64,000 bases of DNA from NCBI GenBank assembly GCA_964506945.1, contig CAZDOC010000009.1:3048-67047 (forward strand), given 5' to 3'. Shown piece after piece: positions 39,512 through 52,518 of this stretch; positions within the stretch are counted from its first letter, which is position 1; every line of letters starts with the position of its first letter. The notes beneath the pieces were generated by a model. The model searched no databases. It was not told the DNA's origin and saw only the letters and a program-made list of their open reading frames with translations. The DNA comes from an uncultured Gammaproteobacteria bacterium (lineage in GTDB: Bacteria; Pseudomonadota; Gammaproteobacteria; CAZDOC01). The position numbers and the translations under genes are program-made.

Positions 39512-40272
39512 GGCGCTTCTTCCTCGAGCAGCTGGGCCTGCCTGGATGTGGGAAATTTCGAACGCAACAGCAGTGTATAGCTGGCCTCGGTGTCGTGATC
39601 ACCCAGTTGCCGTTCTATGCGGATCCCCAGCCACAGGCTCTCGGGGTCCTGTGATGCGTTGGCCAGGTAGCGTTGCAGATAGCCCCGGGCGGAGAGGAAT
39701 CTTTTCTTGTGGTAACTGATCCCGGCCATGCGGAACAGGGCCGTGGGCATCTTGGGATTGCTGTCCAGGGCCTTGCGATAATAGTCCTCGGCACGGGCCA
39801 GATCGCCGCTCTGCTCCATGCAGGTTCCGGCATTGGTGTAGGCCACTTCCGGGGTGGTGTAGAGGGGGTTGGCGAGCGCGGCCAGGAACTGTTCTTCGGC
39901 CTCGTGGAAATGCTTGCGCTGGCACAGGAACTGGCCGTAGTTGTTCAGGATCACGGGATTCCTGGGGGCCAGGGCGACCGAGCGTCGGTATTCCGCCTCG
40001 GCCTTGTCATCCTCCCCCAGGCGTTCGTACAGGACCCCGAGCATGTTGTGCGCCATGGGGTAGCTGGGATCGAGTTCCAGGGCATGCCTGAATTTCTTCA
40101 GGGCGACCTTGTTCTGGCCCTGCTTCATGTAGGCGATGCCCAGTTGCACGTTGACCTCGGCCAGCTTGCCCGGTTCATAACCCGTTTCCGGCTGGGTGCT
40201 GGTGCTGTTGCAGCCGGTCAATGCCAGCAGCAGCGGGATCATGAGCAACAGGGGCTGAGCGGACGTTCTCAT
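39508..40272 (-). CDS. pilW: type IV pilus biogenesis/stability lipoprotein PilW (TPR)
   Basis: Lipobox LALTGC followed by TPR repeats. Conserved rlmN-pilW-rodZ order. Start trimmed to MRTSAQ, giving an ATGA overlap with rlmN. Confidence 0.75.
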   Translation of the reverse strand: MRTSAQPLLLMIPLLLALTGCNSTSTQPETGYEPGKLAEVNVQLGIAYMKQGQNKVALKKFRHALELDPSYPMAHNMLGVLYERLGEDDKAEAEYRRSVALAPRNPVILNNYGQFLCQRKHFHEAEEQFLAALANPLYTTPEVAYTNAGTCMEQSGDLARAEDYYRKALDSNPKMPTALFRMAGISYHKKRFLSARGYLQRYLANASQDPESLWLGIRIERQLGDHDTEASYTLLLRSKFPTSRQAQLLEEEAP

Positions 40273-41372
40273 GGTAATGCCTCCGGGTTGGCGGGGTCGC
40301 GCGCGTGCCTGAGTCTGGCGGCCCGGGCCCTGACCTTGCCGGCCAGTTGTCCGCAGGCGGCATCGATATCGTCCCCACGGGTCTTGCGCGTCACCGTGAC
40401 CAGGCCGGCACGGCACAGGATCATGCGGAAGCTGTCGATCCGGGCCTTGGACGAGGCGCGGTAGTGGGTGCCGGGGAAGCTGTTGAACGGGATCAGATTG
40501 ATCTTGGCGGGTATGCCTTCAAGGATCCGCGCCAGCTCCCGGGCATCCCGGTCGCTGTCATTGACCCCATCCAGCATCACATACTCGAAGGTGATCTGGC
40601 TGTGCGGCTGGGCATCGACATAGCGCCGACAGGCATCCAGCAGCTGGGCGATGGGATAGCTGCGGTTGAGTGGCACCAGCGTATCGCGCAAGGGATCGTT
40701 CGCGGCATGCAGGGAGACTGCCAGGCTCACCGGGCATTCCAGGCGCAGACGGTCGATCTGGGGTACCAGCCCGGAGGTGCTGACCGTGACCCGTCGCCTG
40801 GAGAGGCCATAGGCATGGTCGTCCAGCATGATGCGGATGGCGCTGACCACGGGATCGAAATTCAGCAGGGGTTCGCCCATGCCCATGAAGACGATGTTGC
40901 TGATGACCCGCCCGCCGGGCAGGGCCTGGCCGAGTTCATCGGCGGCGATACGCAACTGGGCGATGATCTCGGCGCTGTCGAGGTTGCGGTTGAAGCCCTG
41001 CTGCGCGGTGGAGCAGAAGCTGCAATCCATGGGGCAGCCGACCTGCGAGGAGATGCACAAGGTGCCGCGTTTGTCCTCGGGGATGAATACGGTCTCGATA
41101 CCATTGCCGCCGTTGACCCGTATCAGCCACTTGCGAGTGCCGTCCGCGGAGATCTGCTGGCTGATCACCTCGGGCAAATCCAGGCTGCCCAGTTCGGCCA
41201 GCTTGCCGCGCAGCGACTTGCTGATATTGGTCATGGCGCCGAAATCACGTGCGCCATGCTGGTGCAGCCATTTCAGCATCTGCGAGGCGCGAAAGGGTCT
41301 CTCCCCGAGTTCGAGGAAGAAGCCTTCCATGGCCTTGCGATCCATTCCCAGTAGACTGGCGCGGGCGCTCAT
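40269..41372 (-). CDS. rlmN: 23S rRNA/tRNA (adenine-C2)-methyltransferase RlmN (radical SAM)
   Basis: CPMDCSFC radical-SAM cluster motif with RlmN-family length. Confidence 0.9.
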   Translation of the reverse strand: MSARASLLGMDRKAMEGFFLELGERPFRASQMLKWLHQHGARDFGAMTNISKSLRGKLAELGSLDLPEVISQQISADGTRKWLIRVNGGNGIETVFIPEDKRGTLCISSQVGCPMDCSFCSTAQQGFNRNLDSAEIIAQLRIAADELGQALPGGRVISNIVFMGMGEPLLNFDPVVSAIRIMLDDHAYGLSRRRVTVSTSGLVPQIDRLRLECPVSLAVSLHAANDPLRDTLVPLNRSYPIAQLLDACRRYVDAQPHSQITFEYVMLDGVNDSDRDARELARILEGIPAKINLIPFNSFPGTHYRASSKARIDSFRMILCRAGLVTVTRKTRGDDIDAACGQLAGKVRARAARLRHARDPANPEALP

Positions 41373-41377
41373 CTGCT

Positions 41378-41827
41378 TCAGTTCACCCTGGTGACGATCT
41401 CTTCAGGCCTGAAGAAAAAGGTGATCTCGCGCTCCGCGCTCTCCGGGCTGTCCGAGCCATGCAGACCGTTGGCGGACGGCGAGATGGTATCGCGACAGAA
41501 ATCGAAACGGATGGTCCCGGGGGTGGCCATGGCCGGGTTGGTCGAGCCCATCAGGGCGCGGTAGCGGGTGATGGCGTTCTCTCCTTCCAGGACCAGGATC
41601 ATGACCGGCCCGGAGGTCATGAATTCGCACAGGTCGTTGAAGAAGGGCCGTTCCCGGTGTTCGGCGTAGAAGCCCTCGGCCTGTCCACGGGTCAGTAGCT
41701 GCAGGCGGGCCGCGGCCACGCGCAGGCCGCAGGCCTCCATGCGGCCGATCATCGCGCCGATGATGTTCCTGGAGACAGAATCCGGCTTGATGATGGAAAG
41801 GGTTCTTTCGATGTTGCTGTCGCTCAT
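41378..41827 (-). CDS. ndk: nucleoside diphosphate kinase
   Basis: 143 aa, ...TLSIIKPD... and an NGLHGSD active-site His region. Confidence 0.9.
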   Translation of the reverse strand: MSDSNIERTLSIIKPDSVSRNIIGAMIGRMEACGLRVAAARLQLLTRGQAEGFYAEHRERPFFNDLCEFMTSGPVMILVLEGENAITRYRALMGSTNPAMATPGTIRFDFCRDTISPSANGLHGSDSPESAEREITFFFRPEEIVTRVN

Positions 41828-41879
41828 GTCGCTTGGGGTTCCTGAAGGTTGAGGGTATGAATGTTGATAAAACCGACTG

Positions 41880-41910
41880 ATTATACGGTATTGTCAAGGC
41901 AGAGTTAAAG
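41880..41910 (-). promoter_or_regulatory. putative sigma-70 promoter for ndk (-35 TTTAAC, 18-bp spacer, -10 TATAAT)
   Basis: Minus strand reads cgcTTTAACtctgccttgacaataccgTATAATcag, about 55 nt upstream of the ndk ATG. Confidence 0.4.
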
Positions 41911-42025
41911 CGCCGCGCGGGCCATTCCGGTGGGGATGGGGCTGAAGGGGCCGGCAGGGGATGCGGAAGGGCGCGCGCGGGGATCGCGCGGCGCCAGGCC
42001 GGTCGATCGATGATTCGCGCCGGTG

Positions 42026-42346
42026 TCAGTCCCAGCGGTTGTCCCGAACCTGGACGATGCCGTCGGTGATGCGCACCGGGAAGCAGGCGGTGGGTTCATA
42101 GGCCGGCGGGGTCAGTGCCTCGCCGGTCCTGACGCAGAAGCGCGCGCCGTGGCGGGGGCAGATGACCTGATCTCCGTCCAGCGGCAGGCCGGTGAGGGTG
42201 GCGAAGTCATGGGTACATACGTCCTCGATGGCGAAGAACTCACCGTCGATGTTGAATACCGCAATGACCACGTCCTCCAGTTCCACCACCTCCCAGTTGC
42301 CGGGTTCGATGCTGTCGGTGGTGGCGACGTTGATCCAGTCAGACAT
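42026..42346 (-). CDS. Rieske [2Fe-2S] ferredoxin (oxygenase ferredoxin-component-like), distal gene of suf operon
   Basis: CTH...CPRH Rieske ligand boxes. 106 aa after trimming the long 5' extension to MSDWIN. Confidence 0.7.
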   Translation of the reverse strand: MSDWINVATTDSIEPGNWEVVELEDVVIAVFNIDGEFFAIEDVCTHDFATLTGLPLDGDQVICPRHGARFCVRTGEALTPPAYEPTACFPVRITDGIVQVRDNRWD

Positions 42347-42417
42347 AGGGGTTCCCCGGGAAACGTGTGTGGGTGCAGAAGCAGATGAGGAATATAACAG
42401 ATGCTGACGCCGTGGCG

Positions 42418-43023
42418 TCAATACATGCCGGTCTGAAGGCGCGCCGCCTCCGACATCATGGACGGGTTCCAGGGCGGGTCGAAGACCAGATCGACCTGGA
42501 CCTCGCTGACATTGGCGATCTGGCCGATCCGGTAGCGGATATCCTCGACCAGGATGGTGCCCATGCCACAACCGGGGGCGGTCAGGGTCATCTGTACGTC
42601 GACCCGGTTGCCATCCTCCGTCGGGGTGACATGCACGCCGTAGATCAGTCCCAGTTCGACGATGTTGATCGGGATCTCCGGGTCGTAACAGTTGCGCAGC
42701 TCTTCCCAGATCTGGTTTTCGTCCACGCTGCCGTCACCGGGCGCGGTCTCTTCCCCCTGGCGGGACTCGACCTGCCAGCCCAGGGCGTCGGCATTGCGAC
42801 CGTCGATCCGCGCCAGGTTGCCATTGACGTTGACCGTGATGCTGCCACCCAGGGCCTGGGTGATGAAGACCACGCTGCCGGCCGGCAGTGTGATCGGGGT
42901 GCCGGCCGGGATCAGTATGGCCTCGCAGTCGCGTTCCAGGCTTACCGGTTCGTGGGGATTGGGCTCGGGTCGGGGTTCGGTGGCGGTCACGGGTCTGAGT
43001 ATCCTGCGGGCAATCTCATCCAT
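42418..43023 (-). CDS. sufT: Fe-S cluster assembly protein SufT (DUF59/MIP18 family)
   Basis: C-terminal DUF59 with a conserved Cys (TAPGCGMG) plus a SufT-type N-terminal extension. Confidence 0.7.
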   Translation of the reverse strand: MDEIARRILRPVTATEPRPEPNPHEPVSLERDCEAILIPAGTPITLPAGSVVFITQALGGSITVNVNGNLARIDGRNADALGWQVESRQGEETAPGDGSVDENQIWEELRNCYDPEIPINIVELGLIYGVHVTPTEDGNRVDVQMTLTAPGCGMGTILVEDIRYRIGQIANVSEVQVDLVFDPPWNPSMMSEAARLQTGMY

Positions 43024-43029
43024 TGGGGT

Positions 43030-44283
43030 TCAGGCGGCCAGCATGTCGCGGGCCCGGGCCAGGGCCTCGGCGAGATGCTCGATCTCGTCCCGGGTGTTAT
43101 AGAAGCTGAGCGAGGCGCGCGCGGTGCCGGGGATATCGAAGTGCTGCATCACCGGCATCGCGCAGTGATGGCCGATGCGGATGGCGATGCCCTCGTGATC
43201 GAGGATCATGCCCAGATCGGTGGCGTGTACGCCGTCGATGATGAACGACAGCACACTGGTCTTGCGGGCCGCCGTGCCGATGAGGCGCAGACCGGGGATG
43301 TCCGCCAGGCGCCGGCTGGCATGGTCCAGCAGTCCGTGTTCGTATTCCCATATCCTTTCCAGGCCGATGGCGCTGACATAGTCGATGGCCGCGCCCAGGC
43401 CGATGCCGCCGGCGATGTGCGGGGTGCCGGCCTCGAACTTGTAGGGGATATGGTTGTATTCGGTGCCGTCGAAGCTGACCGTCTTGATCATGTCGCCACC
43501 CCCCTGCCACGGGGGCATGGCCTCCAGCAGCCCGGCCTTGCCATAGAGTACGCCGATGCCGGTGGGGCCGAACAGCTTGTGACCGGAGAAGGCGTAGAAG
43601 TCGCAGTCCAGCGCCTGGACGTCCACGTTGATGTGGGCGACCGCCTGGGCGCCGTCGATGAGCACCGGCACACCGAGGGCGTGGGCGGCGTCGATCATCT
43701 CCTCGATCGGGTTGATGCTGCCCAGGGCATTGGAGACGTGGCCCACCGACAGCAGCCGGGTGCGCGTTCCGAGCAGGCGCCGGAATTCGTCCATGCGGGT
43801 CTCGCCACGCTCGTTGATGGGCACCACCACCAGGCGGGCGCCGGTCTGCTCGCACAGCAGTTGCCAGGGTACGATGTTGGAATGGTGCTCCATCTCCGTA
43901 ATCAGGATCTCGTCACCCTCACCCAGCCTGGCGCGGCCGTAGCTCTGCGCCACCAGGTTGATCGAGGCCGTGGTGCCGGCGGTGAAGATGATCTCGCGGT
44001 GATCGGCGGCGTTGACGAAGTCCTTTATCTTCACGCGCGCCTGTTCGTAGGCCTCGGTGGCCTGTTCGCTGAGGCTGTGCACGCCACGATGGATATTGGC
44101 GTTATATTCACGGTAGTAGCGATCCAGGGTCTCTATCACCACCCGGGGTTTCTGCGTGGTGGCGGCATTGTCGAGGTAGACCAGTGGCCGATCATGCACA
44201 TGCTGGTCCAGGATCGGAAAGTCGGCGCGCAGTGAACCCAGATCGGCCGTGACGGCATCGATGGCCTGTGGACGGGTACTCAT
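43030..44283 (-). CDS. sufS: cysteine desulfurase SufS
   Basis: Class-V aminotransferase with PLP Lys in HKLFGPTG and active-site Cys in RIGHHCA. Confidence 0.9.
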   Translation of the reverse strand: MSTRPQAIDAVTADLGSLRADFPILDQHVHDRPLVYLDNAATTQKPRVVIETLDRYYREYNANIHRGVHSLSEQATEAYEQARVKIKDFVNAADHREIIFTAGTTASINLVAQSYGRARLGEGDEILITEMEHHSNIVPWQLLCEQTGARLVVVPINERGETRMDEFRRLLGTRTRLLSVGHVSNALGSINPIEEMIDAAHALGVPVLIDGAQAVAHINVDVQALDCDFYAFSGHKLFGPTGIGVLYGKAGLLEAMPPWQGGGDMIKTVSFDGTEYNHIPYKFEAGTPHIAGGIGLGAAIDYVSAIGLERIWEYEHGLLDHASRRLADIPGLRLIGTAARKTSVLSFIIDGVHATDLGMILDHEGIAIRIGHHCAMPVMQHFDIPGTARASLSFYNTRDEIEHLAEALARARDMLAA

Positions 44284-45613
44284 GCGCTGGCCCTCGGCTC
44301 CAGCCCGCCGGGCAGGTGTCTGTTCAGGAGGGTCTCCAGGTATTCACGCAGCGGACGCAGGTCGATACGGGCGATGATATCATCGGCGAAGGCATAGGTC
44401 AGCAGGCTGCGGGCATCGTCCTCGGCGATGCCCCTCGAACGCAGATAGAACAGTGCCTGGGCGTCGAGCTGCCCGACCGTGGTGCCGTGGCTGCACTTGA
44501 CGTCATCGGCATAGATCTCCAGTTCGGGCTTGGTGTCGACCTCGGCATCCGGCGACAGCAGCAGGTTGCGATTGTGCTGGTGGGCCTCGATCTTCTGTGC
44601 CCCGGGCTGCACGATCACGCGGCCGTTGAAGACTGCGCGGGCGTGACCGTCGAGGACGCCCTTGAAGGTTTCCTCGCTGTGCGTCAGCGGACTGGCATGG
44701 TCGATCAGGGTGTGATTGTCGACATGCTGGCGCCCGTCGGCGAGATAGAGGCCATTGAGCATGACGCTGGCGCCCTCGGCCGCAAGGCGGGTTTCGATAT
44801 CATTGCGGTTGAGGCGGGCGCCCAGGCACAGGGTGTGTGAATCCAGATGACTGTCACGCGCCTGGTGCGCCTCCAGGTGTCCGATATGGAAGGCCCGCGG
44901 ACCCTCCTGCTGGACCTTGATGTGTTCGATGGAACTGCCCGGGCCGGCGTCGATGGAGGTGACGGCGGCGGTGAGGCTTTGGGGATCGTCCACACAGACA
45001 TGGTGTTCGATGACCCGCACGCGGCTGTTCGCGCCGGCGTGAATGAAGACCCGTGGGCAACTGAGCAGGTTGCGGGTCTTGCCGGTGTTCAGGAACAGCA
45101 GTCGCAGCGGCGCCGCCAGTTCCCGCCCGTCGGCCAGCGCGATGTAGGCGCCGTCGCTCATCAGGGCCAGGTTGAGGAGCTGAAAGCTGCAGTCCGGGCC
45201 GTCGTCCGTGGGCAGGTCCAGCAGGGGCCTCAACTGGTCCTGGTGTCGCTCCAGGGCCTCATCCAGGGCGCAGACGGTCACACCCGCATGGTCGGCGCCC
45301 GGTTGTGACAGCGCCGCCTGGTAATGGCCATCGACGAACACCAGCCGGGGTCCGCTCTGTCCCGGGATTTCCACCCTTGCGAGCGCCGCGGTGTCGATGC
45401 CGGTACCGGTTCTGCCGGCCGGCTTGAAGGCCAGTCGTTGCAGCGATCTCAGATCGGTGTATTTCCATCGTTCCTGGCGCGTGTCCGGCAGGCCCCGGTC
45501 CTGCAGAAGCCGCATCGCCCGCCGCCGCAGCTCCCGCAACCAGCCGGGCCCTCCCCCGGAGCCGAGGTCGGCATGCGCGGCGGTCATGGCGGCCATGAAG
45601 TCGGTGCCGGCAT

Positions 45614-45617
<4 letters not shown>
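44280..45617 (-). CDS. sufD: Fe-S cluster assembly protein SufD
   Basis: SufB/D family beta-helix protein positioned between sufC and sufS. Confidence 0.85.
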
Positions 45618-46366
<749 letters not shown>

Positions 46367-46379
46367 TCTTGGTTCCTCT

Positions 46380-47828
<1,449 letters not shown>

Positions 47829-47834
47829 ATCCCA

Positions 47835-48161
47835 TCACACCTTGAAGCTTTCGCCACAACCGCAGGTGTCCTTGACATTGGGGTTGTTGAAGCGGAAGCC
47901 CTCGTTGAGTCCCTCACGGACATAGTCCAGTTCGGTGCCATCGAGGTAATCGAGGCTGCGGGCATCGACCAGGATGCGGACGCCGTGGCTGTCGAAGATA
48001 TAGTCATCGTCGGCGGCCTCGGTGGCCGGCTCGATCACATAGGACTGGCCGGAGCAGCCCGAAGGGCGTACGCCGATACGCAGGCTGGGGGTCTCCTGGT
48101 CCTGCCGGGCGAGGAAGGTCTTTACATGTTCGGCGGCGCGTTCGGTCAAGATGACAGGCAT
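47835..48161 (-). CDS. sufA: A-type Fe-S carrier (IscA/SufA, HesB family)
   Basis: C-terminal CGCGESF motif and an internal Cys. About 108 aa from MPVILTE. Confidence 0.8.
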   Translation of the reverse strand: MPVILTERAAEHVKTFLARQDQETPSLRIGVRPSGCSGQSYVIEPATEAADDDYIFDSHGVRILVDARSLDYLDGTELDYVREGLNEGFRFNNPNVKDTCGCGESFKV

Positions 48162-48171
48162 GTCGTTCACC

Positions 48172-48651
48172 TCAGGCCTTGGCGGCATGGTTGCCGGGGA
48201 TATCCATGCGGATCAGGCTCTCGCCATCGGCGAGGCCGTCATCGTGCTGATCACAGCTGCTGACCAGCTGGGCCAGGCTGATGCCGTTGAGGAAATCGTA
48301 TATCTGTGCGCTGAGCTGTTCCCACAGGTCGTGGGTCAGGCAGCGGTGATCGCTGGTACAATTCTTCTTGCCGCCACAGCGGGTGGTATCGACGCTTTCG
48401 TCGACCGCACTGATGACGTCGGCGACGGAGATACGGTCCATCTCCTGCCCCAGCTGATATCCGCCACCCGGCCCGCGTGAACTGGACACCAGGCCCCTTT
48501 TGCGCAGGCGCGAAAACAGTTGTTCCAGGTAGGACAGCGAGATCCCCTGGCGGCCCGAGATATCGGCCAGGGTGATGGGTCCCTGGCCATGATGCAGGGC
48601 CAGATCCAGCATCGCGGTGACCGCATAGCGACCTTTGGTGGTCAGTCTCAT
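48172..48651 (-). CDS. iscR: Rrf2-family Fe-S cluster regulator IscR
   Basis: N-terminal wHTH, and a C-x6-C-x5-C-x2-H cluster-ligand spacing ([16 protein letters not shown]). Confidence 0.85.
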   Translation of the reverse strand: MRLTTKGRYAVTAMLDLALHHGQGPITLADISGRQGISLSYLEQLFSRLRKRGLVSSSRGPGGGYQLGQEMDRISVADVISAVDESVDTTRCGGKKNCTSDHRCLTHDLWEQLSAQIYDFLNGISLAQLVSSCDQHDDGLADGESLIRMDIPGNHAAKA

Positions 48652-48754
48652 GTTGGCATTACTCCTGTACTGGCCTGCCGGGACGGGTATCCTGATGCGA
48701 GGGTGGCGCAGGCATCGGAGCCGTCTCCCGGCAGGGGTTCGGTTATCATGATCA

Positions 48755-48780
48755 CTAATCCTAGTAAAATAGTCAAGTAT
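48755..48780 (-). promoter_or_regulatory. putative IscR type-1 binding site upstream of iscR
   Basis: Minus-strand ATACTTGACTATTTTACTAGGATTAG resembles the E. coli iscR type-1 box (ATAGTTGACCAATTTACTCGGGAAT). Confidence 0.45.
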
Positions 48781-48806
48781 TGCCCGGGCAGGCCCGGGTC
48801 GTGGTC

Positions 48807-49559
48807 CTAGGGATCAGTGGAAGACTCATTATCAGGTTCTTCTATCCGCCCCGGCCGGGATGATCCCTCGTCACGCCGCTTGCGCAGGCGCTCCTCCATC
48901 TCGTCCATCTGCCGCTGTACCCCGTGCAGGTGGTCGAGGATGGAGTCGATGGCGTTCTGCACCGGATCCGGCATGTCCTGGGTTTCGCCATAGGCCTCGA
49001 AGCCGATCTTTTTCGCCATCTCGGCGCGTTGCCGGCTCTTGCCCTTGCGCGGCACCACGACATGCCCGGGGACGCCGACCACGCTGGCGCCTGGCGGCAC
49101 GTCCTTGACCACCACCGCATTGGAACCGATGCGGGCATTCTTGCCGACGACGATAGGACCCAGGACCTTGGCTCCGGCGCCGACCACGACGCCGTCTTCC
49201 AGGGTGGGATGGCGCTTGACCTTCTGCCAGGAGGTACCGCCGAGGGTGACACCATGGTAGAGGGTGACATCATTGCCGATTTCGGCGGTCTCGCCGATCA
49301 CCACGCCCATGCCGTGGTCGATGAAGAAACGCTCGCCGATGCGGGCGCCGGGATGTATCTCGATGCCGGTCAGCCAGCGGGCGATATGCGATGACATGCG
49401 CGCCATCCAGCGCAAACGGTGATGCCACAGCCAGTGGCTCAGACGATGGATGAGCACGGCGTGCAGGCCCGGGTAGGCCGTCAGGACCTCCAGCGTCGAG
49501 CGGGCCGCGGGATCGCGTTCGAAGACGCAGGCGATGTTCTCTTTCAGATGTGCGAACAT
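48807..49559 (-). CDS. cysE: serine O-acetyltransferase
   Basis: SATase N-terminal helical domain plus hexapeptide repeats. Start at MFAHLKE. Confidence 0.85.
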   Translation of the reverse strand: MFAHLKENIACVFERDPAARSTLEVLTAYPGLHAVLIHRLSHWLWHHRLRWMARMSSHIARWLTGIEIHPGARIGERFFIDHGMGVVIGETAEIGNDVTLYHGVTLGGTSWQKVKRHPTLEDGVVVGAGAKVLGPIVVGKNARIGSNAVVVKDVPPGASVVGVPGHVVVPRKGKSRQRAEMAKKIGFEAYGETQDMPDPVQNAIDSILDHLHGVQRQMDEMEERLRKRRDEGSSRPGRIEEPDNESSTDP

Positions 49560-49661
49560 GGATGCGGGTGGCCTCGGGCCGGTTTCACAGGGGCGGCATA
49601 GGATACCCCAGGAGAATACCCGCGCGCCACACTCAGTCTTTATCACGGGTGTCGGTTCCTG

Positions 49662-49680
49662 TATATTAGAAATATCTAAT
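49662..49680 (+). promoter_or_regulatory. putative -10 (TATATT) overlapped by inverted repeat ATTAGA-AATA-TCTAAT upstream of hlyD/ABC operon
   Basis: A 6-bp perfect inverted repeat with a 4-bp spacer overlaps a TATATT hexamer about 40 bp upstream of ATG 49706. Confidence 0.35.
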
Positions 49681-49705
49681 GCAGGTTTGTGGACAAGGAA
49701 GGGAC

Positions 49706-50743
49706 ATGAATATGAGACGTTTGCGACTCCTGATCCTGGTGCTGCTGCTCGCTGGCGGCGTCACGGCCTATTATTACTGGCAGGCCCACCGTCCGACGGT
49801 GGCCGCTGAGGTCCTTAGCCTGTATGGGAATGTCGATATCCGCGAGGTGCAGCTGGCCATCGATGGCAGTGAACGCATCGACCGGATGCTGGTGAAAGAG
49901 GGGGACCGGGTCCACAAGGGGCAGTTGCTGGCGGTGCTGGAACTCGGGCGGCTACAGGCCCAGGTGGCGCTGGCCGAGGCGCGGGTGGAGGCACAGCAGC
50001 AGGTGGTGGCGCGGCTCCTGGCCGGCAGCCGTGCCGAGGAGATCAGCGTCGCGCGGGCCAATGTCGAGGCCGCCAGGGCCACCGCCGAGGATGCCAGCAT
50101 GACCTATGGGCGGCTGCGCAAGCTGCTGCAACGCGGCCTGGTGTCACCCGAGGACGTCGATAACGCCAAGGCCGCCGCGGACGCCGCGCAGGCACGTCTG
50201 AAGGCCAGCGATGCGGCCCTGGCGTTGGCCATAGCCGGTCCACGCAAGGAGGATATCGCGGCCGCGCAGGCCCGCCTGAAGGCCGAGCAAGCCGCCCTGA
50301 TGCTGGCGCGTCACAATCTCGCGGACGCCAGCCTGTATGCGCCCAGCAACGGTGTGATACGCGATCGGATCCTGGAACCGGGAGACATGGCCAATCCGTC
50401 ACGACCGCTCTACACCCTGGCAAGGGACAATCCGGTGTGGGTGCGCGCCTATGTCTCGGAGACCGATCTCGGCCGGGTCAAACCCGGGCAGGCGGCCACG
50501 ATCCATACCGACAGCTATCCAGGCAAGGGCTATCCCGGCTGGGTCGGCTACATCTCCCCGACCGCGGAATTCACCCCCAGGTCGGTGCAGACCGAGGCCT
50601 TGCGCACCCATCTGGTCTACCAGCTGCGGGTATATGCCTGTAACCCGGAGCGGGAACTGCGTCTCGGCATGCCGGCCACGGTGGTGATCGATGAACGTTC
50701 CCGGGCGGCGCTGGCAATGGACGATTGCGGCCAGCCGGAATGA
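49706..50743 (+). CDS. HlyD-family membrane fusion protein (YbhG-like)
   Basis: N-terminal TM segment, then coiled-coil and lipoyl/beta-barrel domains. ATGA overlap with the ATPase gene. Confidence 0.8.
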   Translation: MNMRRLRLLILVLLLAGGVTAYYYWQAHRPTVAAEVLSLYGNVDIREVQLAIDGSERIDRMLVKEGDRVHKGQLLAVLELGRLQAQVALAEARVEAQQQVVARLLAGSRAEEISVARANVEAARATAEDASMTYGRLRKLLQRGLVSPEDVDNAKAAADAAQARLKASDAALALAIAGPRKEDIAAAQARLKAEQAALMLARHNLADASLYAPSNGVIRDRILEPGDMANPSRPLYTLARDNPVWVRAYVSETDLGRVKPGQAATIHTDSYPGKGYPGWVGYISPTAEFTPRSVQTEALRTHLVYQLRVYACNPERELRLGMPATVVIDERSRAALAMDDCGQPE

Positions 50744-52518
50744 ATGCCGAGGAGGTCACTCCGGCGGAGCCGGCTCCAGAGCCGGTGCTGCGCCTGGAGG
50801 GGATCGTCAAGTCCTTCGGCAAGGCCCCGCGCAGGGTGCTGGCGCTGGAGGGTATCAGCGCCCACATCCGGGCGGGCACGGTGACCGGCCTGATCGGTCC
50901 GGACGGGGCCGGCAAGACCACCCTGATGCGGGTCATCGCCGGGTTGATGCTGCCGGACGCTGGCAGCGTCACCGTGCTGGGCCGGGACCTGCCGGGCGAG
51001 TCGCTGGCGGCGCAGGCCGAACTGGGCTATATGCCGCAGCGCTTCGGTCTCTATGAAGACCTGACGGTGCGGGAAAACCTGGACCTGTACGCGGACCTGC
51101 AGGGCCTGGAGGCGGCCGCGCGCCCGGCGCGATATGCCGAGCTGATGACCATGGCCGGCATGGCGCCCTTTGGCGAACGCCTGGCCGGGCACCTGTCCGG
51201 GGGCATGAAACAGAAGCTGGGTCTGGCCTGTACCCTGGTGCGGGCGCCGCGGCTGCTGTTGCTGGACGAGCCCTCGGTGGGCGTGGATCCGGTCTCCAGG
51301 CGGGAACTGTGGGCCATGATCTATCGCCAGGTCCGGGAACACGGCATGTCGGTACTGCTCAGTACCGCCTATCTGGACGAGGCCGGGCGCTGCGATGAGG
51401 TACTGCTGCTGCACCAGGGCCGGCTGATCGGCCAGGATGCGCCGGGGGTGTTCACCCGTGCCCTGGAGGGACGGACCTGGAAGGCGGATGCCGGCAGCCT
51501 CGGCAAGCGCGGGCTGCAACAGCGTCTGAGCCAGGCCCCGGGGGTGGTGGATGCCCTGATCCAGGGCGAGCATGTGCGCCTGGTGATGGAGGATGCCCGG
51601 GAACTCAGTCCCTGCCGACTGCTGGCCGAGGTCCCGGACCTGCATCTGGCCCGGGTGGCGCCGCGCTTCGAGGACAGTTTCATCTCCCTGATACGGGCCA
51701 GTGATGGGGCCGGCCGCGCCATGACCCTGGCTACGCAAGAGAAGCGCGGTCGGGGTGATGGCGCGGTCATCGAGGCCCGGGATCTCAGCCGTACATTCGG
51801 GGATTTCCAGGCGGTCAGGAATATCAGTTTCAGTGTCCGTCATGGCGAGATCTTTGGTCTGCTGGGCGCCAATGGGGCCGGCAAGACCACCACCTTCCGC
51901 ATGCTCTGCGGATTGTTGCCGGTGAGCGGCGGCCAGGTCCGGGTCGCCGGGGTCGATCTGCGCACGGCCGCGGCCCGGGCGCGTGCGCGGATCGGTTACA
52001 TGGCCCAGAGGTTCTCCCTTTACGGCAGTCTCAGTGTGTCCCAGAACCTGCGTTTCTTCAGCCACGCCTACGGCCTGCAGGCCAGGCGGAGTCGGCTTCG
52101 TATCGACTGGGCCCTGGAGCAGTTCGACCTGCGGGAGGTCATCGACATGAATGGTGACGAACTGCCCCTGGGTTACAAACAGCGCCTGGCGATGGCGGCG
52201 GCACTGCTGCATGAGCCCGATATCCTGTTCCTGGACGAGCCGACCTCCGGGGTGGACCCACTGGCCCGGCGTGAGTTCTGGCAGCGCATCAATGCCCTGG
52301 CCGAGAGCGGCGTCGCCATACTGGTCACCACCCATTTCATGGAAGAGGCCGAGTTTTGCGATCGCCTGGTGATCATGGCCGAGGGCGATATCCTCGCGAC
52401 CGGGACCCCGGCGGAGGTCAAGGCCGCGGCCCGGACCCCGGAGCTGGCGGAACCTTCGATGGAGGATGCCTTCATCGCCCTGATCGAGCGGCCGCAACGG
52501 GCCGGGGCGGCAGCATGA
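50740..52518 (+). CDS. ABC transporter ATP-binding protein with two fused ATPase domains (YbhF-like)
   Basis: Two Walker A motifs (GPDGAGKTT and GANGAGKTT) and two LSGG signatures. Confidence 0.85.
   Translation: MNAEEVTPAEPAPEPVLRLEGIVKSFGKAPRRVLALEGISAHIRAGTVTGLIGPDGAGKTTLMRVIAGLMLPDAGSVTVLGRDLPGESLAAQAELGYMPQRFGLYEDLTVRENLDLYADLQGLEAAARPARYAELMTMAGMAPFGERLAGHLSGGMKQKLGLACTLVRAPRLLLLDEPSVGVDPVSRRELWAMIYRQVREHGMSVLLSTAYLDEAGRCDEVLLLHQGRLIGQDAPGVFTRALEGRTWKADAGSLGKRGLQQRLSQAPGVVDALIQGEHVRLVMEDARELSPCRLLAEVPDLHLARVAPRFEDSFISLIRASDGAGRAMTLATQEKRGRGDGAVIEARDLSRTFGDFQAVRNISFSVRHGEIFGLLGANGAGKTTTFRMLCGLLPVSGGQVRVAGVDLRTAAARARARIGYMAQRFSLYGSLSVSQNLRFFSHAYGLQARRSRLRIDWALEQFDLREVIDMNGDELPLGYKQRLAMAAALLHEPDILFLDEPTSGVDPLARREFWQRINALAESGVAILVTTHFMEEAEFCDRLVIMAEGDILATGTPAEVKAAARTPELAEPSMEDAFIALIERPQRAGAAA

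Noticed and set aside
41955-41985. GC hairpin CGCGCG-gggat-CGCGCG downstream of the Rieske ferredoxin gene
   Set aside because: No U-tract follows on the transcribed strand. It is not a convincing intrinsic terminator.
48786-48806. hairpin CCCGGGC-ag-GCCCGGG just after the cysE stop
   Set aside because: The loop is too short and the downstream tract is not U-rich. At most it is a weak terminator.
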